Origin: Malassezia furfur
Taxonomy: Eukaryota
Strand: one strand, 5' to 3'
Assembly (NCBI GenBank): GCA_052055015.1
Contig: JBQJIT010000077.1
Length of the DNA stretch: 34,102 nucleotides
Of the stretch, positions 19,084 to 33,700 are shown one piece after another; position 1 is the first letter of the stretch, and the number at the start of each line of letters is the position of its first letter. The notes beneath the pieces are model-generated. The model saw only the letters and a program-made list of their open reading frames with translations, was not told the DNA's origin and searched no databases. The position numbers were made by a program, and so were the translations under genes.

Positions 19084-22000
19084 ATGAGCACACACCGGAC
19101 GTCGGGCAATAGAGCCATCTCGGGGGCTCCCACAGACCAGTATGTTGACCTGGAGAGCTCCCAGGAAGCCGGCATGGCGAGCTTCTCCCAGCAGGCCTCG
19201 TCGTTCAGCGCCTTCGAAGGTCGGAGCTACCGCTTCCAGAATGTGTTGGCCGAAAGCCGCATGCGCCCCGGTGAATTTCAGCCGTCGTCATACTCGGCGA
19301 ATACCGAAGACATCCGTGACGACACCGCCGAGCTGGGTGACATGGCGATCAGCTCCGACGACGGAAACCTGAGTGCCTTTTCGAACTACGAGCAGGGCCA
19401 GCCATCGTCGAGCAAGCCCAAGGACACATCTTCGAGCCCGTGGATGCGTCCCTTTATGAGCTGGGGCCAGCGGCGCCAGGACCACCGGAAGGAGTCTCCC
19501 ATCGAGGAAGAGGCCGAGACGCCCAAGGGCGAGCGCCATGCGTCGCCCAAGACGGGCTATTTCCACTCTGCGACATCACCGGCTGTGTCTCCGTCCAAGC
19601 CCGACGAGGCGGGACCCTTGCTCCCGCCCGGCGCCGGTGCGACGGAATCGAACTACGGCACCCTGGACGACCTGCAGCAGCACGTCGAGGTCGGGGACCA
19701 AAAGCGCGTCGTGGCCGGCGACGCGGCACTCGAGGCAGTGAGCACGCAATGGGCTACGATCCGCGACGAAATGGCGGCGATGGCGAACGCGGCGCGCGCG
19801 CCGCGTGATTTCCGCTCGCTGTACCGCAAGGCCAAGAACCTCGTGGGCACCGACATGCAAACCATCTGCATGGAGCCCGTGCGCCAGATCCCAGCGGTGG
19901 TGCTGGGCCTGCTGCTCAACATCTTGGACGGTGTGTCGTACGGAATGATCACGTTCCCCACGTCGAACGCCATTTTTGCCGAGTTTGGCGGCGACGGTGT
20001 GTCGATGTTCTTCATGACGTGTGTGATTGCCCAGATGGTCTACACGCTGGGCGGCTCCATCTTCAAGGCAGGCAACGGCAGCATGATGATTGAGGTGGTG
20101 CCATTCTACCACATTCTCGTCCAGGTGATTGTCAAGGTGGTCGGCGAAGACAACCCCAAGGCGATCATCGCCACGACCATGGTCGCCTTTGCGCTGTCCT
20201 CGCTGCTGACCGGTCTTGTGTTTTTGCTGCTAGGCACGCTACGTCTGGGTGTGATCATCAGCTACTTCCCGCGGCACATCCTCGTGGGGTGCATCGGCGG
20301 TGTGGGTGTCTTCCTCATCGAGACCGGCCTGGCTGTGGCCGGTCACATTGAAGAAGAGGGCGGCTTCAAGTACGACCGCACCACGTGGAATGCACTCACG
20401 GAGAGTGGACAGGTGTTTGCGCAGTGGTCTATCCCCCTGTTTCTGGCGATGCTGTTGAGCTTCATTACGGCGCGCATCCACCACCCTCTCGTGCTGCCGG
20501 CCTACTTTTTGGCGATCCCCGTGGTGTTTTACGTGATCGCAATGGGGATCTGTGGCATGAGTCTGCAGGACCTGCGCGAGACGGGCTGGGTGTTTGACGT
20601 GGGGAGCGCTACGAATGCGCCCTTCTACCGCTACTTTAGCTACTTTGACTTCCGCGAGACGAGCTTCGAGGCGCTCTGGGCCACGATCCCGTCGCAGCTC
20701 GCGCTGGTGTTCTTCGGCATTTTGCACGTCCCGCTCAACGTGCCCGCGCTGGGCGTGAGCGTCGGCGAGGACAACGTCGACACGGACCGCGAGCTGATTG
20801 CGCACGGTGTGTCGAACATTGCGGCGGGTATGTTCGGCACGGTGCCCAACTACCTGTGCTACGTCAACTCGGTGCTCTTCTACCGCGTCGGCGGCGGCTC
20901 GCGGCTCAGCGGCCTGATGCTCGCCGGAGCGACGGTGCTGGTGATGCTGCTCGGCCCAGGCATGATTGCGTACCTGCCCGTGATGGTGGTCGGCGCGCTG
21001 ATCTTTGTGCTGGGCATCGACCTGGTGCGCGAGGCGCTGCGCGACACGATCGGCCGCGTGAATCGCCTCGAATATTTGACGATCGTGGTGATCATTGTCG
21101 TCATGACGTGGTCCGACTTTGTCGTGGGCAGCTTGGTCGGCATGGTGCTGGCATGCCTCTTCTTTGTGATGCAGACATCGCGGCGCAACGCGGTGCGCTC
21201 TGTGTTCAACGGGCACATGGCACGCAGCACCGTGCGCCGGCACGCGGCACAGCGGCGCTTCCTGGACGAGGCAGGTCGCCAGACGGTGATCTGCAAGTTG
21301 CAGGGCGCGCTCTTCTTTGGCACGATCAACTCGGTGGAGCAGCTCATCCGCCAGATGCTCGATCTGGCCGCGTGGAAGCACAGCCCGATGCGTTTCCTCG
21401 TGATGGACTTTACGCAGGTGAACACCATCGACTTTTCCGCGGCCGAGGCCATGACGCGCATCCACCGCATGCTCAACTCCAAGGGCGTGCTGCTGGTTCT
21501 GTGCGGCGTCCGCGCCAAAAGCGACGTCGCCGCTGCGCTGCAAAACGTCGACTTGTGGACCGACCTGAGCATGCACCTCGAGGTGTTTGCCTCGCTCAAC
21601 GAGGCGCTCGAGTGGACGGAAAACGAGTACCTGCGCGGGATGTACGCGTCAGGCCTGTCGGCCGGTCACGCCCTCGGACGCGTGTCGCTCTCGGACAGCA
21701 CGGCGCTGCGCGTGCCCACGCGCAAGCCCGTGCTCAAGATGGACGGCGAGCCGATCAACTCGCCCCGCTACGAACACCTGCACGAGGCTGCTAAGACGGC
21801 GTCGCAGGCGTTTGGCCTCCGCCGCGACTCCAGCCCCGCCGGGAACCGCTCGCGCTCGCGCGACTCGGAAAAGAGCAGTGCATCGCGTGCGTATGCGCTG
21901 CTCGCCGCTACGCTTGGTCCGTTTGCGGGCGACGGCAACCTGGACTCGGTGTACCGGCGCACCGCCAAGGAGCTCAAAGAGATGACCGTCGTCGCCGGCA

Positions 22001-22364
22001 CCGAGCTGTGGGAGCGCGGCGACCAGCCCGATGCATGTACGTGTACCCCACTGACCCAGTGTACTTTATCGAATCCGGCATCCTCAAGGCGCGCTACGTC
22101 TTCCCGCAGGACAACTACGAGATCAACGAGGCGATGCTCGCAGGCACCATCGCCGGCGAGCTCTCGTTCCTCTCGCAGCAGCACCGCAACTCGACGGTGA
22201 CCGTGGAGAAGGACGCCAAGGTCTGGCGCCTGGACGGCGAGTCGCTGCGGCGCATCGGGCAGGACAGCACCGAGGACTACGCCCAGCTCGTCCAGGCGCT
22301 GCTGCGCGTCACCGCCGACGAGCACGACTGCCTGATGTCCTACCTCGTCTCGCGCCTTAGCTAA
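19084..22364 (+). CDS. SulP/SLC26-STAS-cNMP transporter, Vsb1 (YGR125W)-like vacuolar basic amino acid transporter; intron 22037-22059 (23 nt)
   Basis: PAVVLGLLLNILDG.SYGMI.FP, GSMMIEVVPF, FFGILHVPLNVPAL, STAS domain (KLQG.LFFGT, DFSAAEA). After the intron, a cNMP-like domain (LYFIESGIL.A.Y, GTIAGEL.F). Confidence 0.88.
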
Positions 22365-22389
22365 CCTTGTAATGTGTACCGCATAGCGA

Positions 22390-23270
22390 CTAGTGCCAGT
22401 CATCGTCGTCGTCGTCGTCCACGGCCGCAAACGAGAGTGTCTCCACGCTCCCATGGCCCTTGGCGTCCTCCTCGATCAGCGTATTGATCTGCCGCAGCGA
22501 GCCAGGCTCGATCGTGCCGATCAGCTCCCACTCGTCCGAGTAATCCTCGTCCTCGACGTCCTCAAACAGCGCCACCAGCTTGTCTTTCAGCCGTTTGCCG
22601 TCTTTGGGCGCCAGAGTCACCCGCACACGCATCCGCGCACGCTGGATCGGGATCGTGTTCTTTGCCTGGAGGAGCTTGAGCACGTCGAGCGACTGGCTCT
22701 TGGCCGACTTGCCCGTCTTGACGCTGTAGTGTACTTCCTTCATCGCCTTCTCGATCATCCCCACCGTGTACGGCTTCTGCGACGCAGGTTCGACGCACGA
22801 CTGGGCGAGCTGCGTCGCGATTTCGCGCCACAAGTTCGTCAGCTCGTGCGAGCGCTCCTTGTCGCCAACCTGCAGCTCGCCCTTCTTGAGGATCTCGATG
22901 AGGATCTCCGAGACGTTGGTGGTGCCAAACGCCTTGTTCAGGTCCTCGTTGGGCGCCACCTGCCCTTTGGACACGTTCAGGAAGACGTTTTCAATCTGCA
23001 CCACCTCGTCCAAGTCTTTCTCGCTGCGTCAGCGCGCCCACGTACATCCCCGCGCGCCACTCGCGCACCTTGTTCTTGTAGCACGCAATCTGCGTTAGCG
23101 GCGCCGCCTACCTCGAAGCGCTTGCCACCCCGGCGGTAGCGCACGAGCGATACGTTCGTGAGCCTAGGTTAGCCACCAGCAAACACACTTGATATTCGTC
23201 GCGGCTGCGTCAGACCATCCACGTACGCTGATTGATCCTGCGGTCAGTTGCGCGCTTCGACGTACACCAT
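22390..23270 (-). CDS. SDO1: Ribosome maturation factor Sdo1/SBDS; introns 23265-23238, 23226-23205, 23188-23164, 23111-23090, 23045-23024
   Basis: The spliced product reads [66 protein letters not shown], the SBDS N-terminal consensus. Confidence 0.95.
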
Positions 23271-23337
23271 CCTCCTCGCTGCCTACGCCGTGGCCGTCGC
23301 ACGAATTGGCCCGATTTCGGAAAAAAAATCGGACTAG

Positions 23338-25850
<2,513 letters not shown>

Positions 25851-26139
25851 TCTAGGCTCATCGGCATGTAGCTTAGTCATCCCGGCTGTGGGGAGAACTG
25901 CGCGTGCGCCGGCAGTCTTACAGGGGGCCCCAGGTCCGCGGTAAAAAATGGTGTGGGGCCTCGGTGGGCCGGTTCATCCTCACTCACCACCTTCTAGTCC
26001 GTTACTAGAAGGTCGCTAGTTAGAAACCATTTTCTCGAACCAGCTTTGCTCGTGTCACAACCAGCACCGGGGCCAACGTCGTACTTGCGCTCCGCCTCTG
26101 ATATCAGCCTAAACACCAGATCTCTGCAATTGACCTACC

Positions 26140-27819
26140 ATGGCCCCGGTTGCTAACTCTCAACAATCTTCCCACACCACCCCGGGCAACGCCCCGGTGG
26201 ACCCCACGGCCGCTCGTCACGAGCAGGCCGAGTCGATCCGCGTCGCCTCGGACCGGATCAACTACTCGCCCGAGTTCATCACGACGCACTACGAGTACCA
26301 AAACACGCATGTCGAGCGCAAGCCGGCTGCGAACGGTACCGAGGAGTTCGTCGCGACGCCCTACAAGCACGAGTTTGAGTTCCGCACGAACCGACGTGTG
26401 CCCAAGACGGGCCTGATGCTTGTCGGCCTGGGCGGCAACAACGGCACGACCATCACTGCGACCATCCTGGCCAACCGGCACAATGTGCAGTGGCGCAACA
26501 AGGAGGGTGTGCAGACGCCGAACTACTACGGCTCGCTTGTGCGTGCGTCGACGATGCGCCTCGGCACAGACCCCGCGACGGGCAAGGACGTCTGGGTGCC
26601 GTTCAGCAACGTGCTGCCGATGGTGCACCCCAACGACCTCGTCGTTGGCGGCTGGGACATTAGCTCCCTGCCGCTCGACAAGGCCACCGAGCGCGCCCAG
26701 GTGCTTGACTACGACCTGCAGCGCCAGCTCCAGCCGATGCTCGCCGAGATCCAGCCGATGCCGTCGGTCTACTACCCGGATTTCATTGCGGCCAACCAGG
26801 AGGACCGCGCGGACAACGTGCTCCCTGGCTCGGACAAGAAGGCGCACGTTGAGCAGCTGCGCAAGGACATCCGTGACTTCAAGGCGCAGCACCAGCTCGA
26901 CCAGGTCGTCGTGGTGTGGACCGCTAACACGGAGCGCTACTCGTCGATCGTGCCGGGGGTGAACGACACGGCGGACAACTTGCTGCGTGCCGTGGAGCAG
27001 AGCCACGAAGAGGTCTCGCCCTCGACCATCTTTGCGATCGCGTGCATTCTCGAGAACGTGCCGTACGTCAACGGCGCTCCGCAGAACACCTTTGTGCCGG
27101 GCGCCATCGAGCTCGCCGAGCGGCACAAGGCGTTCATCGGCGGCGACGACCTCAAGACCGGCCAGACCAAGGTTAAGAGTGTGCTCGCCGAGTACCTCGT
27201 CAATGCCGGCATCAAGCCGCTGTCGATCGCCAGCTACAACCACCTTGGCAACAACGACGGCTACAACCTGAGCTCCCAGCGCCAGTTCCGCAGCAAGGAG
27301 ATCAGCAAGTCGAGCGTTGTGGACGACATGTGCGAGGCCAACCACCTGCTCTACCGCAAGGGCCAGCCCGCCAAGAAGGACGGCGAGGTCGCCGCGACCA
27401 AGGGCGAGCGCCCGGACCATTGCATCGTGATCAAGTACATCCCGGCGGTCGGCGACCAAAAGGTGGCTATGGACGACTACACGAGCGAGCTGTGCATGGG
27501 CGGACGCAACCGTCTGTACGTGACGAATCTGTGCGAGGACTCGCTGCTTGCGTCGCCGCTGCTCATTGACCTTGCCGTGCTCGCGGAGCTGATGACCCGC
27601 ATCACCTACCGCGTGCCGGGCGAGGCCGACCAGGAGTGGAAGTCGATGTACTCGGTGCTCTCGCTGCTCTCCTACTCGCTCAAGGCCCCGCTCGTCAAGC
27701 CGGGCACCGACGTGGTCAACAGCTTGAACCGCCAGCGCGCGGCAGTGACCAACTTTATGCGTGCCTGCCTCTCGCTGGCGCCCGAGAGCGATCTGCTCCT
27801 CGAGACGCGCCTGTGGTAG
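26140..27819 (+). CDS. INO1: myo-inositol-1-phosphate synthase (intronless)
   Basis: [60 protein letters not shown]. Confidence 0.98.
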   Translation: MAPVANSQQSSHTTPGNAPVDPTAARHEQAESIRVASDRINYSPEFITTHYEYQNTHVERKPAANGTEEFVATPYKHEFEFRTNRRVPKTGLMLVGLGGNNGTTITATILANRHNVQWRNKEGVQTPNYYGSLVRASTMRLGTDPATGKDVWVPFSNVLPMVHPNDLVVGGWDISSLPLDKATERAQVLDYDLQRQLQPMLAEIQPMPSVYYPDFIAANQEDRADNVLPGSDKKAHVEQLRKDIRDFKAQHQLDQVVVVWTANTERYSSIVPGVNDTADNLLRAVEQSHEEVSPSTIFAIACILENVPYVNGAPQNTFVPGAIELAERHKAFIGGDDLKTGQTKVKSVLAEYLVNAGIKPLSIASYNHLGNNDGYNLSSQRQFRSKEISKSSVVDDMCEANHLLYRKGQPAKKDGEVAATKGERPDHCIVIKYIPAVGDQKVAMDDYTSELCMGGRNRLYVTNLCEDSLLASPLLIDLAVLAELMTRITYRVPGEADQEWKSMYSVLSLLSYSLKAPLVKPGTDVVNSLNRQRAAVTNFMRACLSLAPESDLLLETRLW

Positions 27820-27920
27820 GCGGCCGCCAACGTGCGGCATGTCGTGGGTTTGTTTCCGTTTCGTAGTTTTGGCATAGCCTCCTTTGATCGTTCTGTCCTT
27901 TTTTTCCGCGGTCTATGTGT

Positions 27921-30233
27921 CTACGGCTGCCAGCACGCCGACAGGCCGTGCTCCTTGAACCAGCCTGCGCCCTTTTCCTCGTAGTCGGCGCGCGTCACCG
28001 ACGTCGCACGGAATACGTCCGGCTGGTCGAGGACCCACTGCCGCATCCCGCGCCACGGATCGAAGCGCGCGTTCTGCGCCCGCCGGACCGACAGCGGCGC
28101 ATTGGGCGGCAGCAGCGCTCGCAGTCCCGCGGCGAGGCGCGTATCAAAGTGGGGCAGCTGCGCGTAGCGGCCCGTGACCAACACATTGCGGATCATGCGC
28201 TCGCGCACAGGCGCCTCAAACGAGCGCAGCACGTGGCCGGTGAGCTCGGTGAGGCCCGCTTGGTCGACGCCGGCCATGATGGGCTGCCATGTAACCTCGG
28301 GCACGCGGATGCGCTCGACGTTGAGGTGCACCTGGTGATACTGCGCGACGTCGTTCGGGTCCCACTTGGGCTCAAAGCCGCGCAGGTACGTCGTGACGAG
28401 CAGTGTCTTGCGCGCCTGCATCGCCGCATAGGTATCTTCGGAGGTGAACTGCGTGTCGTGCTCGAGCAGCTTCGCCTCGACGGCCTCAAGCTGCGCCATC
28501 GCCTCGCGCTCCTCCTCCTCGCCTGCATCCACCACATTGCGGTAAACGGCCCAGTCGCTGTCGTCCGCGCCGAAGGTGTCTTCGTCGTCGCCGCGCTTTC
28601 GACGCTGCCGCGAGCCCGAGGAGTTGGACTGCTCGCTGGCGAGCGCCGTGATGTTCTTCATGCGCTGCTGGGCCGCTGCCGATTTGCGGTCGGGCATCAT
28701 CTCCTTGAGCCGCTTCTGCCCCTGGATGCGCGCAATCACCTCTTGGTGCTGCTTTCGGATCTTGTCGAGCCACTGCTCGGGGTGGTCGCGCTGCTCTTGC
28801 CGCTCGCGAGCCTCGGCCTCCGCTTGGAGGCGCTCCTCCTCGGCCTTCTCCGCCCGCGCACGCATACGCGCATCGTAGCCGGCTTTGAGCAGGCGCTGCC
28901 GACGCTTCTCCTTGAGGCCCTCCTCGTCAAGTTCGGCGTCGGGCACGTCCAGCAGGGGGAACGACGGCGGCTTCTTGTCCTCCTCGTTGTCCACCTCCTC
29001 GCCGCGGAACCGCTTTATGGCGGCGTCCAGGCGCTTGATAATCTTGTCGAGCTCCTGCTCGGATTCGAAGCCCTCTTCTTCGAGCCGTTTCTGGGTAAGG
29101 CATGCGACGTACCAGGTAGACCTCGAGCGGCTCCTTGTCCTTCCACTCTTTCAGCAGGGTATAATACTTCAAGTCGTTCTCGTTCTGCTCCGCCTTTTCC
29201 TGGCGCATGGCCCGCGTCTGCTCAATCAGGCGCTGGCCCGCAGCGCGCTTCCGCTCGGCAATCTTCTCGAGCTCTTCCTGGGACTTTTCCTGGCGCTCCG
29301 GGGGAACATAGGGCAACTGCACCACTTTGTCGATCTTCGCCAGGTTCTCAGGCACGCTCAATGAGCGAAGCTCGGTGTCGTAGTCGGGCGAGACGTAGCA
29401 CAGCTGCTCGAGCATCGTTTGCGACTCAAACGGCGTGATGCGTTGCGGGAGGTTGGGGTATTTGAGCTGCAGCAGCCGGTGCAAAAAGTCGGAGCCCATC
29501 GCGCCGCCCCACGAGAGTCTGTATCAGCCACACACACGTACCGCTTCGCGTTGTCCAGAATGCCACGCCCTCCGACCAGCGGCACGACGAGCGTCGTGTT
29601 GCGTCCGGCGGACACCACCAGGCCATCCTCGCGGACGTTGTTCGCATACCCCGCAAACAGCGCATCCAGGCCGTAGTTGACCGACGGCACGCGGTACGCC
29701 TCAAAGAGCAGCTCGTTCATCTCTGACGTCAGGCTCAGCACGTACGGCTTCGGCTGTATTCGGGGTTGCACAGCGTCTCGGTCATCAGCAGGGGATGCTC
29801 GATCTGCTCCGTGTCAATGCCGAGCTTGAGAAACGTATAGTCCAAAATGGCTTCCTGGGGTCAGCATGGTAAAAAGGACGCACCATCGAGTCGAAGCCGC
29901 AGACGACATCTCCGTCAAAGGGGCTCTTCATCGCAGCGCGCCCCTGCGAGTCAACGTAACAGTCATTTCCGCACAGGAGCACATTGCTGCTGCGTCTCCG
30001 ATCACGGAAACGCGACACTACATTGTCGTATGCCAGCGGCGGTCGGTCGCCAGCACATGTCGAGAACCCTGCGCGCAATTCCGACGAGCCTGCATAAGAC
30101 AGTACGACGTACCATTATCAATCAGGATGGGCGCGCGCTCAGACCAGTGCACAGAAGCACGGTACTTGTCCAGTCCAGTCACCGGCGTAGGCGTCGGCCA
30201 TTCCGTAACTTCCAGTGCAGGCGTAAAAGTCAT
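27921..30233 (-). CDS. ARP5: Actin-related protein 5 (INO80 complex); introns 30112-30090, 29883-29855, 29745-29723, 29541-29519, 29112-29091
   Basis: Spliced PILIDNGSSELRAGF, MNELLFEAY.VPSV.YGLDALF, LQLKYP, the Arp5 insertion (KEKRRQRLLKA.YDAR.R; DTFGADDSDWAVY), LNVERIRVPE and FKEHGL. Confidence 0.93.
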
Positions 30234-30714
30234 GTCGCACCGACACTTGGGCAGTTCGCGAGATCGGTACTGCAGCGCGCACGCACGCACTTCCAGCACC
30301 CTTAGCCACGTGGCCCTACTACCGTTTACTCAGCATCATGGCCATTTACGCGCCCCGCTTGCCAAGGTTGCCCTGACAGGGGCGTGTCATGTGGGGAAAT
30401 CAATTCAGCAGGTCATTAGCTTATGTCAGATAGCCAAATTTTAACTTGGGCACGCATGCATTGCGTTGGTTCTCATGACCAACTTCCCCCATATTTTCGC
30501 GACGCGTTACTGCAGCGTATCGCAGGCCACCAATAATTATGCATTGGACACTTGAGGCCGGATGGGGAGGTTTCTCAGCGCGAAGTCTTAGTGGGGAGCC
30601 ACGTCCAATTCATCCTCTGGTCTCGATCACCAAAGGCTCTTCGTAAGGCCGCCACAAAAGCATTGTACTGGTCCCCTCTGCTAGTTCCCTGTTGCTCCTT
30701 CGGGAACGAAGGTC

Positions 30715-33700
30715 ATGAGCAGCTACAAGGGGGGCGCCGATGTGCGCCGTCGGAACCCTTATTCGGACGATCATGACGAGCACTTTGGTGCTAGAGGTCA
30801 AACAGGCTATCACGAGGCGGGTAAACCTATTGGATACTTCGCCGCTCGCAAGACACCGTACGCGAAAAAGCTCGTGTCGAAGAAGCTGCTCCTTTTTACG
30901 TTCGTGCTTTTGCCGATTCTCTTCATCGTCAATCTCGTGATTATTCTTCTTCCAGTGCTCTATGCCATTGCTAACCACACATTGAATGTGTCCGTGATGC
31001 ACATCTACTCGTCCAACATCACGGACCCCCACAACGATTACTTCCCGCTGTCGTTGGAGGGCCAGGTGGTAAAGGCAGGTGTCTTCCCTGCGCACCTCTA
31101 TTTCCGGAAGCCGACGCAGGTGATGTGGATGACGCCGCCGGAGGCTGGAGAGATGCAAGAGGTGCAGCTGGGCCATTTCGATCTGGACTACATCGGTGTG
31201 GCAGCTGGACACGGACGAATCAAGCAAAAGACAGTGTTCCGCATCGACAACCAGGAAATGTTTGCCTTGTTCACCAAGTATATGATCACGAACGAGGAAT
31301 TCACCTGGCGGTTGTACTGTCCCGACGTGCACGTCGAGGCGCTGTCGTTTATTCCGACGTGGTCCAATCTCAAGCTAACCAAAGATGTGGTGTTCAATGG
31401 TATTGACAACTTCAAGGACGTGGAGATTGTCGACTTCCAGCTACCGAATGCGGATAAGGAAGGTGGCATTGCGTTTTATGCAACGACCATACTGAGGAAT
31501 CCGTCGCCCTTTGGTATGCAGCTGGGGCGGCTCGAGTTTGATCTGTACTACAAGGGTTTGTTACTTGGTCCAGCATTCTCACCGAACGTCAATCTGACGC
31601 CCAACGTCAACTTGGTGAACCTGCAGGGACGGCTTACTCCCTATACCAACAACCAGACAGCGCTGAACATTCTGGGTGAACTGATGACCCGCTACATCAA
31701 CGGCGAGGTCTCACCGACCCAGGCGGTGGGCAAAAGTGTCACGACCAGCAGCGGCGTCACACCCAGCTGGTTGGAGGAGGGCATCAAGGCACTTACGATC
31801 AATGTGCCCTTCAAGTCCCCGATCCCGATCAATCCCATCAAGAGCATTGTGATCAAGCAGTTCAACCTAACATATCTCGCTGACTCGGATCCGTATGCGC
31901 CTACGGCGTCGTCTGACAGCCTGAGTGCCGAGATCGGTCTGCCGTTCGGCTTCCCGCTGAATATTGTGTCGGCCAAGAACGAGATTACCCTCGTTGATGA
32001 CAAGACCAACACGCCAATGGTCGTGGTTGATGGCGTCTACTCCAACTCGGAGACGCAACTGGACATTGTGGCGTCGGGTCAGACGGCGGGAACGCTGTAC
32101 CTGACTTTGCGTCCTTCGCTCATGCGTCTGCCCGAACAGACGGACGCGGCGCGGAAAGAGTTCCAGTACTTCCAGAAGGAGTTTGTCTTTTCCGGGGTCG
32201 ACACGAAGCTCTTCAATGGCTCTTCGGTCGCGGTAACCGACACGCCGGTTGGCCGCATCGTGCTGAACGGCATCAAGTTCTCGGTGCAAAGCGGTCTGCT
32301 AGGCTTGCAAGGGCTGAACCATTATCCCACGACGATCAACGGCGTCGATGTGATCGGTGGTACCTCCGAAGGGTTGAAGCTGGCGGTCAACACCACCATC
32401 ATCAACCCATCCAACGTCAACGTACAGTCCGGCAATGTCACTTTGCTCTTCCTGAACCACGACGTGATTGGCAATGTGTACCTTGAAAACTTGAACCTGG
32501 TCATTGGGGAGAACAACATTACGGCGATCTCGACGTTCAGTCCCAAGGTGAGCCCGTACGGCTACGAGACGCTGAATCGGTATGTCAGCGGTCTCGACAC
32601 GCCGGTCAACATCTCCGGCTTTGAGGGCTCGACGCCGATCGACTCGCTGGTACCTGCTTTCTCGGCGATGCGTCTCAACTCAACGCTGAGTGGATTAAAG
32701 ACGTCGCTTGTGCAGCAAGCATCCCTGCAAGTATTGAACACCACGGGCATTAAGGACGACGTGGCGCACTCGATCGTGAACCTCAATAACCCGTTCACCG
32801 CTGCGTTGCAAATTACGCACATTACAACCAACGTGTCGATCCATGGCATTTTTGTGGCCCAGATCGATACGGATTTGGACTTTTCGGCGGCCGGTAAGGC
32901 GGTGACGCCGTCACCCAGCATCCCGCTGCATCTTAACCTCTATCCGCCGGACATGTTCGCGCTCGTGCGTGCATTGGCTTTGCAGGCTGGTGAAGATGTT
33001 CGCCAACTGGACGGGATCGTCAAAATTGGAGGTTATACCTACTCAAACACGACGAGTGCAAACAGTGATCGGAAGCCCTCGAAGCGATCGATCGACGAGG
33101 CGCAGCTGGCTGCCGAGTCGTCCGAGCACACCCTCACGAAGCGGAAGACGAACATGTATACCGGTTTCAACCTGCCCAACTTTGTGGACAAGGCATTCAC
33201 GGTGGCCTCTGCGAATCTGGAGATTGTGTCTCAGAGCAAGATTGGGGACTACCAGACCCCGATCACCTTTTCGCAGCAGAACGTGCCGATGAAGACGGAC
33301 AGTTCTCTGAACTTGTTGCTTCCAGTACTTGCCAAACCGATTGTGCAAAAGATCATCGACGGTTCTAACCTCGTGATCAGTCGTGTGACGATCTTGAACC
33401 CGGCACAGAACAATTTCCAGGTGCACTTGGTCGGCTCCATCACGAACGCAGGCCCCTTCGATGCTGTGATCCGGTTCCCCCAGGGCCTCCAACTCTCTTG
33501 GAACAACCAAGTACTGGGTCAAATTGTGATGCCCAATATCCAGCTCGAGGCCGAAGACGGTGCACAAATCGATCTGGAGGCGGAATTTGCGGTTAGAAAC
33601 ACCGATGCACTCACTACCTTTACGAAGTTTTTGGTCACCGAACCAAGCTTCGTCTGGGAGATTACCGGCGAGGGACTTGCCGTTGATGCCATCGGCATCA

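Noticed and set aside
26104..27840. 578-aa antisense ORF over INO1, and similar long antisense ORFs over NHX1, PMT2, eIF4A, VSB1-like and ARP5
   Set aside because: These are shadow ORFs caused by strong GC3 codon bias on the sense strand and have no recognisable motifs.
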